From: Azolla caroliniana
Taxonomy: Eukaryota > Plantae > Polypodiophyta
Length of the DNA stretch: 64,000 nucleotides
Assembly (NCBI GenBank): GCA_043228905.1
Contig: JBHGNT010000007.1
Location: 16,430,001-16,494,000 of the forward strand
Direction: 5' to 3'
The notes beneath the pieces are model-generated. The model saw only the letters and a list, made by a program, of their open reading frames with translations. It was not told where the DNA came from and ran no database searches. Numbering within the stretch: the first letter of the stretch is position 1; every line of letters begins with the position of its first letter. This document shows, one piece after another, positions 51,185 through 64,000 of the stretch. The translations under genes and the position numbers were made by a program.

Positions 51185-51550
51185 TATGTACACCATATAC
51201 ACCATATGTATATATAATATATCTATGTACCACGTATGGATTTCAATCATACTTGGAGCCTTTTCACGTATGAGTATGATACGAATATTGGCGTTTGAGT
51301 ATGACACGAATGGGACGTATGGCTAGAACTATGCCGACAGTGCGACTATCAGTTGTTTCTTGCTGCTCCAAGAGATCGCTCTATTGCCGAGGGAGAAGAC
51401 GAATCCGGAAGTGGATCGTCTATCGGCCTTATAACCGGCCCAGTCTACGTCTGTGTACCCTTCGAGTCGAATAAGCATATTCGACTTATACATGATGTCG
51501 TAATCCATCGTCATACTGACATACCGAAGTATCCTCTTAGCGCAATCGAG
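50070..51550 (-). mobile_element. Copia RNase H, PPT and partial 3' LTR
   Basis: GYTDVDWAG..RRSTSG..ISWSSKKQ, KHIEVHYRFIRE, IFTKAL; PPT GAAGGGGCG then TGTTGAG at 50214. Confidence 0.85.
50763..51333. mobile_element. hAT-type MITE
   Basis: TIR CATAGTTC..GAACTATG; perfect 8-bp TSD CCGACAGT (50755-50762 and 51334-51341); subterminal GTACG/GTATGA repeats. Confidence 0.9.
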
Positions 51551-51599
51551 ATGATCATATATAGTCAGTTATCACATATATAACGCAATCGAGATGATC

Positions 51600-51757
51600 A
51601 TATCTAGCTTCTTAAAGACATGAGTCCAAAAGTCACTAGTAAACTTGGAATCTCGATCATGAAGAATATAATAGGTAATCCATAAAAATGAAATAACTCA
51701 TCAACAAATTGATAAGCCAATTGTTGAGTGGTTACTGTGGTTTTTGTAGGAATAAAT
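51600..51757 (-). mobile_element. Gypsy integrase fragment
   Basis: FVDELFHFYGLP..DRDSKFTSDFWTHVF on minus. Confidence 0.7.
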
Positions 51758-52778
51758 TGTTACCAATTAGGAACACGGCCTACCCTCCATCCTTCGGGGT
51801 AGGGTTCAGGGAGGTGGTGGTTCAAAGAATGGATTCCCTTATTATGTTCAGCCACAACAGCGTCTTAAGAGTAAAGCGTCACTGTAGTCCGTGGAGGTAA
51901 GGTGTACACTAGAGCCGGCTACAACCGAGCTCCTGCCTACCATGCGTCCACAACACGGGTACGTGTATGAACCAATACAGAGACAAAGAAGACTAACACA
52001 AAGATCAGAGAAGACAACACCACTATATTAGATGACTTACGCTCAAAACTACGCTAGCTCTTACAATGTTTCTATGCCCTTTATATACGCAGGGCATAGT
52101 CGGTTACGCTTCCTGCATAAACTGTTACATGCGTTACTTTAACGCTTCGTTCATAATAACACGCCAACGCTTCTTTGCTTTCGCCTTGTTTCACATTAGT
52201 CCGCTTCCGGCGGACAACACCTGGCACGCCTGTGGGACATTGTCGTGGCACATCGGACCCATCCTCTTATATTCTTCATCCAAAATATCGCGGATATTAG
52301 GTTTCTATCGCTCCTCGTTGTTTGTCGTAACCGGTGGCGTTGTAACATGGTCGGGCTCGTCAATTTGTGGTCGACCGGCGTTTCCTCTCGTAGTGTCTCT
52401 ATGCGCGGCTCCGGCCGTATCTCGTGGTCCACGCATGTGGAGGTATGGACGAGGTCGCTATGCAACTCCAGTGGTTGCAGTGGGCTCTTTGTCTTGACTT
52501 TCACCGAAGACTTCTAATAATTGTGCCATTTCTTCGGTGTGACAGTCGGCCAAAGTTTGGTAATCCTACGTAAGGTCTTCGCGCACCGTAGCGATGCTTT
52601 CTTCGCTTAATTTGTAAAAACCTTTCCCTTCCTTACGCCGATTTTCCCAGTCCGCTCTGTATGCGCAGAGTTCCGCTGCCTGCGCCACCCATCCGGCCCA
52701 TCCTTTGTCTAATGTTGCTTGTAATTGGGCCGTAAACCGTTCATGTGATTGGATGCTCACGGGTCGACAAACCATATG
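51758..52778 (-). mobile_element. LTR-like segment plus remnant of the coiled-coil ORF
   Basis: TGTTAC..GTAACA bounded segment ~51758-52347 with minus-strand TATATAAA near 52085; ORF 52566-52775 is homologous to 28517-29050. Confidence 0.45.
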
Positions 52779-53340
52779 CTATTTGAAGAAGAGGTGGGTC
52801 AGGGCCTGTGCCGACATCGAATGTGCTTCATGCCTCATTACGAACATCCTACCACGATCGTCATAGTCGGAATTTGAGGCGTAGTTTGTGAGTTGTCGAC
52901 TCGTCGAAGCCGAGTCTCGTATCTTTTTCCGACACTCCTCTTCATAATGGCCTTGTTTTCCACAGTACCCGCATTCGATCGGGTTGTTACAATTGCTCAA
53001 TCCGGCGGGGTGGCTCCCCCTTCTGCCAAACTCTCTGGGACTGTTTCTATCCTCTTGCCATTGGTGGAAGTTACGCTCTTGGGTCGGCTAACCGTGTCAG
53101 CCTCGTACGAACCGACCTCTATGCCCACAACCAAATCCTCTTCTATCATCCGACTGTGAGTAAAGCATCTGACCATCTAGCGCATTGTTCCTTTGTCAAA
53201 CGTGATTTTCTTCAACCAATAGAATCAATTGAAGGTCGAAGGAGGGAGGGTTCTCCCACACAAGAATGGTCGATCTGATCGTGCCGAATCAAGATGCCAC
53301 CCTCCATCAAGACAATCTCCATTATTCTTGTGGTATAACA
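52779..53340 (-). mobile_element. Copia gag fragment
   Basis: CGYCGKQGHYEEEC knuckle; PPSFDLQLILLVEE, as in the neighbouring Copia gags. Confidence 0.75.
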
Positions 53341-53629
53341 TGACAAGAAGTTTGCTAACAAATCACTTCACAATCAATGGCTTCATTTAAGCCCCCCACT
53401 AGCCCCCATCTTTATATAAGAGCTGTTCATAGGTTTGAATAAGTGTAAACAACAAAATAGTCAATATTGAGGCATATGGAGTCTAGTTGTGGTTAAACTA
53501 AATACTTACATTAACTTGCTACATTTGAAATTTCCATAAGCTTTAGTTTTGAGGGCTTTCATTTCATTAATCTTAGTGATGAACGTAGTGGATAAGGTGT
53601 AGGGAGTAAATGCCTTGAACTACGCAAGA

Positions 53630-54007
53630 AAATTCTAGCGCATATAGTCACTGTAACTGAAGCACTCTCATTGCATGTCTTTATGGGTGAGCATGTTAAG
53701 GATTATCAATCATATTGAGGTCCAACCAATTGAATCCCATGTTTTGAACTAACCAAAGCAAATTCTAGAACAAATAGTCTCTGTAACCTGAAGTGCTCTC
53801 ATCACATGGCATTATGTTTGAGCATATTTAAGGATGATCGATCACACTGAGTACAGACCAATCCAATCCCATCTGGACCTGGTTGCTATCCTTTTAACCA
53901 GTATAGTAAACCGTGCACAGTAAATCTGAAGAGACTGCTCCCATCTGAGCCTGGTTGCTATCCTTTTAACAAGTATAGTAAACTGCGCATAGTAAATCTG
54001 AAGAGAC
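53630..54007. repeat. Short tandem duplications (~130 bp x2 diverged; ~73 bp x2)
   Basis: AATTCTAG..AATCCCAT twice; CCCATCTG..CTGAAGAGAC at 53868 and 53941. Confidence 0.75.
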
Positions 54008-54313
54008 AGCAGTCCAAGACCAGATTCACCAACATGTATGGCACAAATTGCCCCAGTGACAGAACATTCATGTCACATTGTATTAGTTACACTCGTAACG
54101 GAAACCTTCAACGAATGTTAGTACAAAGCTTGACTTCATGATTTATAAACCAAGGGCTTTACACTTTACAAGGTATCATTCTTACCTCCCTAGCATAGAA
54201 CAGCAGAAAAGAGTTCTCTTTTAGCTTTCTCAGACTCTCGCCATTGAGGACCTCATTTCAGTAGTCTTAGCCTTACCTTGTAATGTGCACACCTAATAAT
54301 GCAATTCAGTAAC

Positions 54314-54726
54314 ATAATAGAATGCAGCTGCTTTCCACGGGAAGTTGAATGTCAAGATGCGATGACATAATGTGTAGATTTTACATCTTAAGAATATTTC
54401 ATATAAAGCAAGTAAGAAATCTTTGCTACATCAGAGTATTATATATAAATTGTACATCAACTTTTCACTGTAATCAGTAGAAATCCAGTGAGAAACCTGC
54501 TGTAAGCAGGTTTCTCACTGGATTTCTTAATAATAGAATGCAGCTGCTTTCCACGGGAAGTTGAATGTCAAGATGCGATGACATAATGTGTAGATTTTAC
54601 ATCTTAAGAATATTTCATATAAAGCAAGTAAGAAATCTTTGCTACATCAGAGTATTATATATAAATTGTACATCAACTTTCCACTGTAATCAGTAGAAAT
54701 CCAGTGAGAAACCTGCTGTAAGCAGG
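54314..54726. repeat. 197-bp tandem duplication with a 23-bp hairpin at the junction
   Basis: Copies 54314-54510 and 54530-54726; inverted repeat 54479-54527. Confidence 0.93.
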
Positions 54727-54993
54727 AAAAAACAATGTGTGGACCAGAGCCTAGTTACATATATACAAAATGGATGGGCTGATGCTGCAAATCAAGGCCC
54801 AGAAAACTCTGATATTCACATCCATGGACAAATCGTCTCTTTTGATTATTATAAGGGACGAAAAAGTGGACTTACAATTTCCTTTTACAAACCTCCAGGC
54901 AAGGTAAAAAGTGGGCTTGGAAAAATGTACAGATTCCTCGGGTATGAGAGGAAAAGGGTGCTCAAGACTCACTTATCATACATGTTATCTTAC

Positions 54994-63432
<8,439 letters not shown>

Positions 63433-64000
63433 ATAACGAGTGTCTCTCTCGTTATCTGTGCTGATTGAAGAAGACTATGGTAGAGGAGCTCGAGCCCTGT
63501 TTCGATAATGGCGATAACCTCAGAGATACCTTGCGATCTGAAGCTTGACTAAGCCCATGGCATTTGAAAGGTCAGATCCTTGATGGGGCCAAGCCATGCC
63601 ATGCCAACACACGGGAGGGGTGGAGGTCATTCATTCAGTGCCAGTGCAGAAGATTCGATTGCAGGCAGGTAGAGGCAGAGGCCAGAGGCAGGGGAGGGAT
63701 GGAGCCTTCTAAACCGACAAAAGACAAAAAAAAATGGAAAAGGATCCATGGATTCGAAGGCTGGCCCGGCCACATGCACACCGGACATCTGATCGGATCG
63801 ATCGGTCCAGATCAAGATGCATCCACCGTGACACCTGACAGAATAATGCTATCCTGTAGGAATCGGCAATGCTTCGGTTTCGGCTTAACCAGTTTGGCCT
63901 TGTCCATATTAAACCAGTTTGGAAGTTTTCAAACTTGAACCGAATCACCCGAGTTGGACATACTGATTAGCCTTAGCCGCTTCGTCCCAACCCGGTTTGA

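Noticed and set aside
63870-64000. GGTTT/AACC repeats at the window end
   Set aside because: Possibly a DNA-transposon subterminal region, but truncated by the window edge.

Overview
Eukaryotic nuclear DNA, most likely from a non-seed land plant. That placement is inferred from the spliced plant genes, Tcn1-like chromoviruses and RTEX-like LINEs. Four host genes are supported: an intronless MOT1-family molybdate transporter (7756-9183, +), an 8-exon HCF136/Ycf48 PSII assembly factor (30879-35717, +), a 2-exon nepenthesin-like aspartic protease (46754-45088, -) and a 6-exon TEY MAP kinase (63432-54994, -). The rest is mostly transposons: a three-level nest (Copia containing chromovirus A containing chromovirus B, with LTRs, TSDs and PPTs readable), more Copia/Gypsy fragments and solo LTRs, an L1 fragment, four RTEX-like LINE copies, three MITEs and a 100-N gap. 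The most notable signals: (1) both chromoviruses have an 11-nt self-priming PBS complementary to their own predicted transcript start; (2) two unrelated LTR families carry tRNA-like A/B boxes with tRNA spacing; (3) a TG..CA long-TIR MITE with a 5-bp TSD, possibly Ginger-like; (4) an unassigned coiled-coil ORF family found twice in TE context; (5) a tandem duplication with a fold-back hairpin at its junction. All calls were made by eye with no database searches.
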